This document shows, piece by piece, positions 1-10,231 of a stretch of DNA of 64,000 nucleotides. The notes beneath the pieces are model-generated. The model was not told where the DNA came from. It ran no database searches and worked only from the letters and a program-made list of their open reading frames with translations. This stretch comes from Sulfurovum sp. (GTDB lineage: Bacteria; Campylobacterota; Campylobacteria; Campylobacterales; Sulfurovaceae). The position numbers and the translations under genes are program-made. Positions within the stretch are counted from its first letter, which is position 1. Each line of letters begins with the position of its first letter. The stretch covers positions 189,091 to 253,090 of the forward strand of contig NVVN01000001.1 in the NCBI GenBank assembly GCA_002733355.1, read 5' to 3'.

Positions 1-69
1 CTCTACTGTTCCCTTCACATGAGCAAATAGATTCTCATTGCTGATGAACCCTAAATTATATTGATACAT
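1..69 (-). CDS. Probable type II restriction endonuclease (Eco47II/Sau96I-like), N-terminus only; runs off the window
   Basis: Not in the ORF track. ATG at 69 reads MYQYNLGFISNENLFAHVKGTVE..., overlaps the MTase stop, and resembles Eco47II-family N-termini from memory. Confidence 0.6.
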   Translation of the reverse strand, partial: MYQYNLGFISNENLFAHVKGTVE

Positions 70-1153
70 TATCTAGATTTTCTATCTCATTAAGTGTCTG
101 TACAAGTGAAGTACCCAAAGCAAAAGCCAAGTTAACAGGCACTGCATTACCTATCTGTTTATACTGTTGTGTCATAGAACCTTCAAATACCCACTCATCG
201 GGGAAGGTCTGTATACGCGCATATTCTCTTACTTGAAAAGGGCGTGTCTCTTCAGGGTGACAACGTTCTGTCTGTTTTTGGGCAGGAGAACAAGTGAGTG
301 TAAGGCAAGCTTCCTCCCATGCAATACGTCTTGCTATTCCTGTTTTCCCTCCACCAAGATAAAAACTCTTCATCATATACTCTTTTTGTAACTCAAGTGG
401 TAAATCACGCCAATAGCCCCCTGCAGGTACAAGGTCAAGTATTTGCTTTTTCTTTTCTGGATAGTGTTGTCCTTCTGATACTGGTACATCACTTGCAAAA
501 AGTGTCCCTTTTTTTAGGGCATCTTTGAGTGTATAAAGTTTGTCGCTCTCTTTAGGCCAAGTAAAACTAACTTTAGAGGCATACTCTTTTTTAATTCCAA
601 TAATAAACACTCTCTCACGTTTTTGCGGTACATGATAATGAATGGCCTTTAATACTCTAGGCTCTAAGATTTCATAGCCCATAGATTCAAATACCTCTAC
701 CATTGTTTGTAGTGTTCGTCCATTATCATGAGAGAAAAGTCCTTTGACGTTTTCAGCTAAAAAAAGTTTAGGCTCAGACTCTTTAAGTGCTCTAGCAAAC
801 TCATAAAAAAGTGTCCCACGCGTATCTTCCATTCCCATTTTTTTACCTGCATAAGAGAAGGTTTGACATGGAAAACCACCTGTCAGTACATCTGTCTTAT
901 CTTTGTAAGGTATAAAATCTATCTGCCCCACATCACCATGAATCACATCCCAATGAGGTCTATTTGTTTTAAGCGTTTGCGTAGCATATCGGTCAAAATC
1001 ATTAAGTAATAAATGATGTAGTCCTGCTTTCTCCATCCCCAGTGCCATTCCACCAGCCCCCGCAAAAAGTTCTATACTTTGATAGTCACGTAAAGGCCGT
1101 ATGAGTGTTGATAAATGACTTGACAGTTCTATAGTAGATTGTGATTCGCCCAT
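56..1153 (-). CDS. DNA (cytosine-5) methyltransferase, Sau96I/Eco47II-like (GGNCC inferred)
   Basis: Motifs ELFAGAGG, GGFPCQ, ENVKG, QKRER, QIGNAVP; PAQKQTERCHP segment. Likely start MGESQ at 1153 with an AGGGA RBS; the ORF extends to 1225. Confidence 0.9.
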   Translation of the reverse strand: MGESQSTIELSSHLSTLIRPLRDYQSIELFAGAGGMALGMEKAGLHHLLLNDFDRYATQTLKTNRPHWDVIHGDVGQIDFIPYKDKTDVLTGGFPCQTFSYAGKKMGMEDTRGTLFYEFARALKESEPKLFLAENVKGLFSHDNGRTLQTMVEVFESMGYEILEPRVLKAIHYHVPQKRERVFIIGIKKEYASKVSFTWPKESDKLYTLKDALKKGTLFASDVPVSEGQHYPEKKKQILDLVPAGGYWRDLPLELQKEYMMKSFYLGGGKTGIARRIAWEEACLTLTCSPAQKQTERCHPEETRPFQVREYARIQTFPDEWVFEGSMTQQYKQIGNAVPVNLAFALGTSLVQTLNEIENLDNVSI

Positions 1154-1352
1154 AACATCCCTTCGTGAATTATTAATTAGGCATATTATACACTGTCTGA
1201 GATTATAAAATGAAAAATATGCCATATTGTCATGTTTTTAAATCATTTCTAGAAGAATAAGAACCCCACCACAATAACTCTTTTTAAACACAGGTTCATA
1301 CACTATTTCTTCTATAAGTGAGCATAAAAAAAGAACCTTAAACGGTTACTAT

Positions 1353-1715
1353 TTACCGACCACCTTGAAAATCTTTCTTTTTCAAGTCACCATTGTAAAT
1401 GATGTCACGGACATCAACACTATCCATATTTAACATATCAGGAACCACATCAGCCTCTTCCAGTTCTTTTATGGCAGTTTCTAACTCTTCTTGATACGTT
1501 TGCATCATATCTGCAGCTATCACACCTTTAGTCGTCTGAATATGTACAAGTTTTTTAATTTCCTCTTCCACACCTTCACCTTCTATCGTCACTATCATTT
1601 TACCTTTTTCTTTATCGCCAAAATGATAATCACAAATGCCTGAGTCTTCCAAATCTTTTTTTACCATATCATAATTTTTTGCTAATACCTGTATGACTAT
1701 ACTTGATATATTCAT
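1353..1715 (-). CDS. napD: NapD chaperone
   Basis: MNISSIVI..., GKMIVTIEG motif; last gene of the nap operon. Confidence 0.9.
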   Translation of the reverse strand: MNISSIVIQVLAKNYDMVKKDLEDSGICDYHFGDKEKGKMIVTIEGEGVEEEIKKLVHIQTTKGVIAADMMQTYQEELETAIKELEEADVVPDMLNMDSVDVRDIIYNGDLKKKDFQGGR

Positions 1716-2254
1716 GTTATTTCTCCTACTGAGTTATCTATATCTGCCATCGTTACAACCGTAAAGTCAATCGCCTGCGTAGGACAACGATTCAAACAAA
1801 AGCCACACCCTGTACATTTTTCCATATCTATCACAGGATTAAACATCCCATTGAAAAGTATAGCATCATCTACACAGGGTTCTTTACAGGAGAAACATAT
1901 CACACCATGATGTGCCACGCACCCCTCCAGGGATATACGAAATGTGGCATTGAGTTTTTGTGAAGTTTGCTTATTTTCCAAGCTTAAAATATTTGCTTCA
2001 CAAGCATTCGCACATTCTTCACAAAAAGTACACCCACCTTTTGCAAAATTTATCATCGGTGTACCGTCATCTTGTATCACAATAATTTCTTCATCACAGG
2101 AAGTTACACATGCCTTACTTTCACACATCACACACTCACTCTGAAAAAGAGATTCATTGAAACCATAGGGAGGTCTCACCACAAGGGGTAAATGCTCCCT
2201 ATGATGTGTCAACGGTTTTCTCCATACATTTAAAAAGTCTCGTCTGCTTGCCAT
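1712..2254 (-). CDS. napF: Ferredoxin-type protein NapF
   Basis: RRDFL N-terminus, RPP motif, four Cys clusters (e.g. CTGCGFCLNRCP). Confidence 0.9.
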   Translation of the reverse strand: MASRRDFLNVWRKPLTHHREHLPLVVRPPYGFNESLFQSECVMCESKACVTSCDEEIIVIQDDGTPMINFAKGGCTFCEECANACEANILSLENKQTSQKLNATFRISLEGCVAHHGVICFSCKEPCVDDAILFNGMFNPVIDMEKCTGCGFCLNRCPTQAIDFTVVTMADIDNSVGEIT

Positions 2255-3213
2255 TATTCAACACCTTCATTCATTGCATCTGCCAATGAAGAGTGTGACT
2301 TAAACTTGGCTTCTTTAAAGTCAGGCACAAAAGTATTGGCAACATCCGTTTTGGTTTTAGACTGTGGAGCATGACACTGAGTACAGTTAAAACGCCCCTG
2401 ATACAGAGTATCACCTTTTTTTACTTTTGCCAACTTGACATCTGATGTGTTGCCCAGTTTCCCTCCTAGCTCTTTTCCTTCTTTTAATACTTTACCATCC
2501 TTCATCATAGTCTCTGGTCTATAGTTTGTAAAGTGTGTCGGAGGGATAGGTGTTGAGCCGACAGATGGGGCGACATCAGGCATATGGCACCCAAGACATT
2601 GATGATTGTTTTTTGTAATGGGTAACAATCCTTCTACTGAATGTGGTATCATTGGTGGTGCATCTTTAAAAGCTCTTTCAAACTTCGTAGATGCTCCAGG
2701 AGCTGGTCTACTGTAATCAGTCACATCACCTTCAGCTTTATCTTCACTGTATAAATCAGTTTTTCTAAGTCCGAACTCTTTTTCAGAAATCTCTTTTTTA
2801 CCCGCTAAATCTTCTTCTTTTATACGCTTTGCATCTGATGCACCTACATTTAAATCAATACGTGTAACTTTTGCTACAGCTGCAGCTTCTGCAAATCCAG
2901 NTGACTCCTGTGACTTTACACCACTTCCTGATTTGATAAGTTTTGCGATAGCTTCTATATATTTATCATCCAAATCTTTGCTTTGTTGACGCATTATGTC
3001 TACTAACGCTCCAGTGGCATTACCATCTCTGTACCCTTTAAGTGCTTGGATAATATCATGTTCAGACATATCTTTGACTACTTTTGATGTCCCCATTGCT
3101 ATCTTTTCAAAATGTTGTCCATGACAGCTTGCACATTGTGCAACACTTGCAGCATAGACACCTGATGTTACAAATAATGCACCAAGTGTCATTGTTTTAA
3201 TCAGTTTTATCAT
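2254..3213 (-). CDS. napB: NapB cytochrome c subunit with an extra N-terminal c553-like domain
   Basis: APPMIPHS, CLGCH and RFNCTQCHAPQ are NapB motifs; an additional CASCH follows the signal peptide. Confidence 0.9.
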   Translation of the reverse strand: MIKLIKTMTLGALFVTSGVYAASVAQCASCHGQHFEKIAMGTSKVVKDMSEHDIIQALKGYRDGNATGALVDIMRQQSKDLDDKYIEAIAKLIKSGSGVKSQESXGFAEAAAVAKVTRIDLNVGASDAKRIKEEDLAGKKEISEKEFGLRKTDLYSEDKAEGDVTDYSRPAPGASTKFERAFKDAPPMIPHSVEGLLPITKNNHQCLGCHMPDVAPSVGSTPIPPTHFTNYRPETMMKDGKVLKEGKELGGKLGNTSDVKLAKVKKGDTLYQGRFNCTQCHAPQSKTKTDVANTFVPDFKEAKFKSHSSLADAMNEGVE

Positions 3214-3288
3214 CTATTTCCTCCTTTTAGTGATCTTCAAGAATGAACAAATTCCAATTTCCAGTGCAGGGTCAAAATATCTCATCAT
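3214..3288 (-). pseudogene. 24-codon ORF filling the napA-napB gap; possible scar of a napGH deletion
   Basis: Reads MMRYFDPALEIGICSFLKITKRRK*, with the stop abutting the napB ATG, at the usual napGH position. Confidence 0.4.
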
Positions 3289-3290
3289 AC

Positions 3291-6107
3291 TTATGCCTTA
3301 TAAAGCTTCACTGCACATTTTTTAAAGTCTGTCTGTTTTGACATTGGACACGTCGCATCTAAACAAACTTTATTGATAAACACTTTTTCATCAAACCATG
3401 GTACAAAAACAAGCCCTTGAGGCACACGGTTACGGCCCCTGGTCTCTACTCTTGCTTTTACTTTACCGCGACGTGAATCAACCCAGATAAGCCCACCCTG
3501 TTTAAACCCTTTTTTCTTCGCATCCTTAGGATGCATGTAACAAAGTGCTTCNGGNACCGCNCGGAAGAGTTCAGGCACCCTCATCGTCATCGTACCAGAG
3601 TGCCAATGTTCTAAAACCCTACCTGTACATAACCAGTAATCATAATTTTCATCTGGCATTTCTGGTGGATCCATGTATGGTCTGGCGAAGATTTTGGCTT
3701 TGTTTTTAAGTGACTTTTTGTTTTTATCTTTGATGCCTGTCAAATCACCTTGAGCAAGTGCCTTAGCCAATGTTCCATAAAATGCAAAATCAGTAGCCCC
3801 AGTCTCCTTAGCTGCTTTAGCTGCATACGGGTCATATTTTACATTAAATCTCCATTGTGTCTCTTTACCATCAACCACCGGCCATTTCAGTCCTCTTACT
3901 TTATGATACACTTCAAATGGAGCCAAATCATGCCCCTTTCCACGCCCAAAAGATGCATACTCTTCAAAAAGGTATTCATGCATCATATATCCATACCCTT
4001 TCCATGGTTTACCATCAGAACCGAGTACATTTCTGCTATCTCCACGAGATTCAGTATCGTCATACCCTTGTTGCGGGAACTTACTTGTATCTACTTTATA
4101 TGATTTTGCACGCTCATTCGCAAATAAAATCTCATACATAGTAGTGTCTTCGTTGTATCCCATCTTTTGTGCATCATTCATAATATCTGGTAGCTTTTTA
4201 CCATTTCTAAGCGTAGATTCACCCCAAAGGTCTTTGACTGTAAATCTCTTAGAAAGCTCTACCCACTGCCAAGTATCAGACATCGAATCACCCACTGGAA
4301 GTACTTGCTGTCTCCAGTGCTGTGTACGACGCTCTGCATTACCATATGCACCCCACTTCTCATATATCATTGCCGAAGGTAGTACAAGGTCAGATACTTT
4401 TGCAGAGATACCCGGATAAGCATCACTTGTTACAATGAAGTTATCCATCTCTCTAGCTGCTTTTATCCAGTGGGAAGCACTTGCCGTATTTTGGTAAGGG
4501 TTACACACATTCACCCATGCAAATTTTATGATTCCATCTTCGATATCTCTATGGATCTTCATAAGGTGCTGGTTTCCAACGGGGTTAATCGTCCCTTCTG
4601 GTACCATCCAAGTTTTTTCAGTAATCTTTCTATGTTTAGGGTTCTTTACCATCATATCTGCTGGAAGTCTGTGAGAGAATGTACCTACTTCTCTAGCTGT
4701 ACCACAAGCAGACGGCTGACCAGTGAGGGAGAATGCACCAGAGCCTGGTTTTGCTTGTTTGTTGAGTAAAAAGTGTACATTGTACGCAAGTGTATTAACC
4801 CAACTACCGCGTGTATGCTGGTTCATCCCCATCGTCCAAAATGAAACAACCTTTCTGCTTTTTGCTATGTACAAATCTGCCAAGGCTTGAAGTTTATTCT
4901 TAAAGACTTCAATGTCCTCATTCGGATCACCTTTAGACACTTTAGCTGTATATTCTAAGGTATATGGCTCTAATGATTTTTTATACTCTTCAAAAGAGAT
5001 TTCCCAGTGCTTAAGCGTTCCCTCTGTATGATTCATGGTATCGCCCTCTTTATACCCGTATGGGTTAAGTGCAGGTGCTTCTTTTTCCGAAACCTTTTTA
5101 GACATCTCTTTAGAAATAATTTCTATTTCTAATTTGGAGTATTTACCGCTTTCAAGAGACGTTTCGCCTTCTCTTCTCATTCCATAACCTATATTCACCG
5201 GACCTGTAGCAAAAACCATATGCTGTTTTACAAAATCCCAGTCAATGATGTTCTCTTTTTCATCTCTCATCACGATTTCACGAGCAATATAATTCCATAA
5301 CACCAAGTCAGTATTTGGTGTAAAAATAATCTCAATATCTGCGATATCTGATGTTCTATGTGTATAGGTAGAAAGATTCACCACCTTGACTTTACCAGGG
5401 TTAGAAAGCTTTCTGTCTGTCACCCTTGACCATAAAATGGGGTGCATTTCTGCCATGTTTGCACCCCACGAGATGATGGTGTCTGTAAGCTCAATATCAT
5501 CATAACATCCACTAGGCTCATCGATACCAAAGGTTTGGTAAAAGCCCACAACCGCAGAGGCCATACAGTGACGTGCATTTGGATCAATAGCGTTTGATCT
5601 AAANCCNGCNTTCATCATNTTNTGAGCAGCATACCCTTCCATNACTGTGTATTGCCCCGATGCAAATACACCTACACCTTCAGGCCCANNNGCTTTNAGT
5701 GCTTTTTTAATATGCACTTCCATCTCATCAAAAGCACGCTCCCATGAGACTGGTTTAAATTTGCCTTTTTTGTCAAACTCACCTGTATTATTCATACGAA
5801 GTAGTGGTGTTTTAAGTCTGTCCGCCCCATACATAATCTTTGCATTAAAATACCCCTTGATACAGTTTAGTCCTCTGTTTACAGGAGCTGCGGGGTCACC
5901 TTTAACGGCAACGATACGCCCATCTTTAGTTGCAAGCATAATCCCACAGCCCGTTCCACAAAAACGACAAGCCGCCTTGTCCCATCTCCAAGCTGATTCT
6001 GCCTTGACCGCTGCTGCCTGTGCTTCTTGAGGCACGCTAATTCCCACTGCTCCAGCTGCTGCAACTGCTGCAGAATTTTTTAAAAAATCACGTCTATTTA
6101 ACGACAT
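3291..6107 (-). CDS. napA: Periplasmic nitrate reductase catalytic subunit
   Basis: Tat motif [14 protein letters not shown] 4Fe-4S motif, [24 protein letters not shown]. Confidence 0.98.
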   Translation of the reverse strand: MSLNRRDFLKNSAAVAAAGAVGISVPQEAQAAAVKAESAWRWDKAACRFCGTGCGIMLATKDGRIVAVKGDPAAPVNRGLNCIKGYFNAKIMYGADRLKTPLLRMNNTGEFDKKGKFKPVSWERAFDEMEVHIKKAXKXXGPEGVGVFASGQYTXMEGYAAXXMMXXXFRSNAIDPNARHCMASAVVGFYQTFGIDEPSGCYDDIELTDTIISWGANMAEMHPILWSRVTDRKLSNPGKVKVVNLSTYTHRTSDIADIEIIFTPNTDLVLWNYIAREIVMRDEKENIIDWDFVKQHMVFATGPVNIGYGMRREGETSLESGKYSKLEIEIISKEMSKKVSEKEAPALNPYGYKEGDTMNHTEGTLKHWEISFEEYKKSLEPYTLEYTAKVSKGDPNEDIEVFKNKLQALADLYIAKSRKVVSFWTMGMNQHTRGSWVNTLAYNVHFLLNKQAKPGSGAFSLTGQPSACGTAREVGTFSHRLPADMMVKNPKHRKITEKTWMVPEGTINPVGNQHLMKIHRDIEDGIIKFAWVNVCNPYQNTASASHWIKAAREMDNFIVTSDAYPGISAKVSDLVLPSAMIYEKWGAYGNAERRTQHWRQQVLPVGDSMSDTWQWVELSKRFTVKDLWGESTLRNGKKLPDIMNDAQKMGYNEDTTMYEILFANERAKSYKVDTSKFPQQGYDDTESRGDSRNVLGSDGKPWKGYGYMMHEYLFEEYASFGRGKGHDLAPFEVYHKVRGLKWPVVDGKETQWRFNVKYDPYAAKAAKETGATDFAFYGTLAKALAQGDLTGIKDKNKKSLKNKAKIFARPYMDPPEMPDENYDYWLCTGRVLEHWHSGTMTMRVPELFXAXXEALCYMHPKDAKKKGFKQGGLIWVDSRRGKVKARVETRGRNRVPQGLVFVPWFDEKVFINKVCLDATCPMSKQTDFKKCAVKLYKA

Positions 6108-6180
6108 CTTTCCTCCCTTACATCATTTNTAAGATAATAAATACATACAACAAGAATAACATGCTTCACAGTGAAAAAAG

Positions 6181-6194
6181 TTGATATATGTCAA
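6181..6194. promoter_or_regulatory. Crp/Fnr-family (Fnr/Nss-like) box upstream of napA
   Basis: TTGAT-ATAT-GTCAA matches TTGAT-N4-ATCAA at 9/10 positions, ~75 bp upstream of the napA start. Confidence 0.55.
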
Positions 6195-6483
6195 AAAAGT
6201 AATAAATTACATAAAATAAAAACAAGAGTATTTCAGTCTTATTTTTCAAGCTGCATATCTTTAGGAAAAAACATCAATAAAATTGATATTGAAGGTTTCA
6301 TAAAGGTCTCCAAGTTTTGCACTTCTTTTTTCGCACTTCAGCCACAAGTTACACTATGCTATAATCCCGCCCATAAAACATCTTTTCGCCCCCTCTTCTT
6401 AATGATAAAGAATAGGTTAGATGTCTACACTGATATATGGCAATATTATGCTATATTAAAGTAATAAATATAAAAGGTTAAAT

Positions 6484-7209
6484 ATGGATGTAAGTGTAAG
6501 TTATCACCCCATAACAAAAGAACAAATGCAAGAATGGTATTTTGATATTTTTGAAGATATGGGCGCAGCCTCAGAATTAAAATTGAGAATACCAAAAGAG
6601 CAACTTAAAAAGCATACGCTCGAAGAGCTTGAAACATACTACAAAGACAAATATATCACGATCATGAAACGTTCCAGAGATCTCGATTATGATAATTTCA
6701 ATAAATGGCATGCTTATTTCATAGCTATCGCACAAGGTTTCTTCGAAAAGTTTTACTTTGTACATGGAAGTGCCATCTCCAGTATCATTGACCCAGAATT
6801 TCACAACACATATGTCACAGCATGGGAAGAGGTTATACCAAGTGACTACATTGAAGGTTTATCTACTTCCAAGAAGCTTGATGGTGCCTTCAGTGCTGGT
6901 GCATACATTTCACCAGGCCAAGTCAAGAAACTTTTAAAAGACTATGAAAACGATAGTGAAATAAAAGACCTTCTTAATGGACAGTTTGTAGGTAGTAAAA
7001 TAGAGGTACTGTTAGCTGCGCTTAACTATGCAAGCAAAAACAATCAAGGCTTACTTGAAGCAACTAAAGTGATTGATCAAAGCACAGAACTCTTTGAAGA
7101 GCCTTCATGTTTTAGCAATGTTTTCAACTGTGATGTTTTAAGTGCTGCTGTATATACATCAGATTTGGCTAAAAAGTTTGATGAAATATACAAAGGTACA
7201 GGAGATTAG
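6484..7209 (+). CDS. Hypothetical acidic cytoplasmic protein
   Basis: 241-aa ORF with an AAGG RBS; no recognised motif. Confidence 0.75.
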   Translation: MDVSVSYHPITKEQMQEWYFDIFEDMGAASELKLRIPKEQLKKHTLEELETYYKDKYITIMKRSRDLDYDNFNKWHAYFIAIAQGFFEKFYFVHGSAISSIIDPEFHNTYVTAWEEVIPSDYIEGLSTSKKLDGAFSAGAYISPGQVKKLLKDYENDSEIKDLLNGQFVGSKIEVLLAALNYASKNNQGLLEATKVIDQSTELFEEPSCFSNVFNCDVLSAAVYTSDLAKKFDEIYKGTGD

Positions 7210-7213
7210 TTCT

Positions 7214-7591
7214 GTGCTGTCAAAAAGCATTAATGAAGACAATATTGAAAGTCTTGTAAGAAGCTTTTATCGCCAAGTATTACAAGACACTCTTTTAGCT
7301 CCTTTTTTCATAGAGAAACTTGGAGACAATCTTCAGAACGAAAAGTGGGAAGAGCACCTTCAACTTTTAACAGAGTTCTGGAAATTTGTCGCCTTAGGCT
7401 ATGAAGAATACAAGGGCAACCCACTCCAGCCTCATCTTCATATACAAGGCCTAAGCCGTGAAGCCTTTTCACAATGGCTAAAACTTTTTCATCAAACCGT
7501 TGATCAAACCTATATCCCTTCAGCCGGTAAATATTTTAAACAAAAAAGTACTAATATCGCTGAGAACTTCATGCGTAAACTAAACTTGTAA
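7214..7591 (+). CDS. Group III truncated haemoglobin (trHbP/Ctb-like)
   Basis: LVRSFY, D.LLAPFF, WEEHL..LTEFW, Y.GNP...H, F.QWL.LF. GTG start at 7214 after GGAG; the ORF opens at 7142. Confidence 0.88.
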   Translation: MLSKSINEDNIESLVRSFYRQVLQDTLLAPFFIEKLGDNLQNEKWEEHLQLLTEFWKFVALGYEEYKGNPLQPHLHIQGLSREAFSQWLKLFHQTVDQTYIPSAGKYFKQKSTNIAENFMRKLNL

Positions 7592-7872
7592 AAATCTGAA
7601 TAATTTATTATGTTTCATTTTAGCTCAGTTATATTGTAAATATCTATTCACTGGCGTATCGCTAAGTATGTCTTTATAATTTTAGCTATGATTCTTAGAG
7701 GATAAAAATTCATAGAGTATTAATTAGTGAGAAAACTAATGCAAAAATATATGTTACAATTTGCTTGTGTACTTTAATATATATTGTTAAGAAATGGACT
7801 AACTTGAACTATCAAATCAAGCTTTTTATGTCTTAGCAATGTGTCTTTAACTTATATAATGGGGGTTTTGTA

Positions 7873-9483
7873 ATGGAAAAACTAGTTTTATTCATTCCGT
7901 TTATACCAATTTTAATCGCTTTTTCTCTAGGATTTATAAAGCAGAAAACTTTAATGCCTAAGGTCAGTATATTTTTCTCAACTATGGTAGCCATTTTAGG
8001 ACTTTATGGCACTTACTATGTCATGAGTAATGATGAAGTCATCCATGGTTTTGGCGGACTCCTTGTTTACAATGAACTCTCAGCGATTCTCGTACCCTAT
8101 GTAGCCATACTAGGTCTAGTTATCCGTAAATATGCTACCAAGTATATGTGGGATGAACCTGGGTATAAAAGATTTTTTATACTTTTAAATTTCATTTTTT
8201 CAGCCATCTACTTACTTGTCATGAGTAATAACCTTATTATTCTTACCATTGCATGGCAACTTATGAGTATCGCTCTTTATCTACTTATTACCTTTAATGT
8301 TGAATCAAAATCTGCCATTAAAAATGGTGGATGGACGATGCTTGTTCATAAACTAGCTGACCTATTTTTCATTGTGGCTGTTGTACTTACCTACAAAACA
8401 TTTGGAAGTTTTGATTTGTCAGAGCTTAGTGAAACATGGCTAAAGATGTCCGAATCTGGACCTATTGACAATCCTATGATTTATATTATTGGCTTCTTGT
8501 TTCTATTTGCAGCCATGATGAAATCTGCTATTATGCCTTTTCATCTTTGGTTACCTTATACCTCTGAAGCCCCTACCCCTGTCTCTGCACTNATGCATGC
8601 TGGNGTTGTCAANGTTGGTGGTATTTTACTCAATAAAATNGCTTTCTTACTACTTCTAACCCCTGCTGTNCTTAATGTNGCNTTTGTTATGGGGCTTGTN
8701 ACTGCNATTGGTGCATCANTNCTNATGTTAGCNGTCTCTGANATCAAGCGTTCNTTGGGTTATTCTACTGTAGGGCAAATGGGNTACATGATTATGGAAG
8801 TAGGACTGGGTGCCTTTAGTCTTGCCATCTATCANTTAATGGTNCATGGTATCTTTAAAGCTNCTCTCTTCTTGGAGTCTGGTTCACTCATTAACNTNGC
8901 TAGAAAAGCACCCAATGTNGCCAAACGACTCTCCCATGAACTATTTTGGGAAGAGAAGCCACAATACAACAGTAAAAACATGTTCCGTCTCATCGCCATA
9001 TTTACCGTGCTACCCGTCATAGTGTTTATTGGGGTTAAATATGCACTTACCGATGAGTTTATTGAATTCAATGCTTCTATCGTTATCCTAGCTTTTGCTT
9101 GGCTTACAGGAACACAACTCTTTTTATCATTCTTTGAAGTTTCCAAGGCAAACTCGCCTAAGATTATTCTTACCTTGATAAGTTCTTTCATTATTGTCTT
9201 TTTTACCTATGAATTTGTNGGCTTATCTCTTGAGCATTTCTTGTATGGNGAGCATGGTNTACGATTCTTTGAAGCAGCTACCATGAATGTAACCTCTGGT
9301 ATGTCCATCTTTATGTTAGCTCTTATTTTGGTTATTGGTTGGCTTTTTACTTACAAACAACATTATGTAAATNTTCCTNTAGGTNAGCATAAACCTAACA
9401 AAGTAAAATGGCGATCCTACAAGTTTCTGGCAAAAGAAGGCTACATCTCAGATATGTATGTCAAATATTTTAAAATATTTTAA
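7873..9483 (+). CDS. dabB: DAB/DAC inorganic carbon pump membrane subunit (NuoL/MrpA-like)
   Basis: KSAIMPFHLWLP..EAPTPVSA.MHA, YSTVGQM, HGIFKA; adjacent to a DUF2309 gene. Confidence 0.88.
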   Translation: MEKLVLFIPFIPILIAFSLGFIKQKTLMPKVSIFFSTMVAILGLYGTYYVMSNDEVIHGFGGLLVYNELSAILVPYVAILGLVIRKYATKYMWDEPGYKRFFILLNFIFSAIYLLVMSNNLIILTIAWQLMSIALYLLITFNVESKSAIKNGGWTMLVHKLADLFFIVAVVLTYKTFGSFDLSELSETWLKMSESGPIDNPMIYIIGFLFLFAAMMKSAIMPFHLWLPYTSEAPTPVSAXMHAXVVXVGGILLNKXAFLLLLTPAXLNXXFVMGLXTXIGASXXMLXVSXIKRXLGYSTVGQMXYMIMEVGLGAFSLAIYXLMXHGIFKAXLFLESGSLINXARKAPNXAKRLSHELFWEEKPQYNSKNMFRLIAIFTVLPVIVFIGVKYALTDEFIEFNASIVILAFAWLTGTQLFLSFFEVSKANSPKIILTLISSFIIVFFTYEFXGLSLEHFLYXEHGXRFFEAATMNVTSGMSIFMLALILVIGWLFTYKQHYVNXPXGXHKPNKVKWRSYKFLAKEGYISDMYVKYFKIF

Positions 9484-9496
9484 AGAGGGGGAAAGC

Positions 9497-10231
9497 ATGT
9501 TAACAAATTTTATTTTACTGTTTTTATTTTCAGGATTACCATATTATCTTTATTTAGAAAAGGACAAAAAATTATCTTATGAGAAAATATTTTTTCTCTC
9601 TGCCTTTTTAATTGTTTGTGGGATGACACTTTTAACACTTAAGAGCCAAGAGGTATCTATAGTCGTTGTGATTGTTGTATTTATAGCTTCTTTAGTTTCG
9701 CTTTACAAAGCGAATAAAACAACTAATCTCTATAAACTAAGCTACTATATCTTATTCTTTAATGCACCTATGCTCCTTATGTTTGAGCTCAAAGCTAGTA
9801 TTTTGTATGGTATCTCTTTACTCTTTACCTTAGTTGGTCTTTACCTTATGGGAAAATACTATGAACGACAGTATGGAAGTGCTAACTATCAGTCTGTTAC
9901 AGGAATTACCCTTGTTACCCCTTACGCTGGGTTTTTCTTGACCATTTATTTAACCTCTTTGGCACTTTACCCACCATTTCCAAATGCCCTATTATTTTTT
10001 AATGCCATACTCTCTTCAGAGACAAGTCCACTATGGTACCTTATTGTGCTAGTCATATTTTTTGGAAACTTCCTTATTGCTATGAGAGTTATGGCAAAAA
10101 CGGTCTTTGGGAAACCTAACGACAATGTACATTACGTTGACCTGTCCAAAAAAGAAAAAGCCATACACTATGCAATGTTTGTCATATTATTAATCCTCAG
10201 TGTTCTAGGGTTTCAGGAGGTTCTATCATGA
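9497..10231 (+). CDS. Second membrane subunit of the DAC (antiporter-like fragment)
   Basis: Multi-TM protein with an LALYPPFPN motif, between dabB and dabA; start after a GAGGGGG RBS. Confidence 0.7.
   Translation: MLTNFILLFLFSGLPYYLYLEKDKKLSYEKIFFLSAFLIVCGMTLLTLKSQEVSIVVVIVVFIASLVSLYKANKTTNLYKLSYYILFFNAPMLLMFELKASILYGISLLFTLVGLYLMGKYYERQYGSANYQSVTGITLVTPYAGFFLTIYLTSLALYPPFPNALLFFNAILSSETSPLWYLIVLVIFFGNFLIAMRVMAKTVFGKPNDNVHYVDLSKKEKAIHYAMFVILLILSVLGFQEVLS

Noticed and set aside
6171..6464. 97-aa ORF in the nap divergent promoter region
   Set aside because: Overlaps promoter elements, has no RBS or motif, and is probably spurious.
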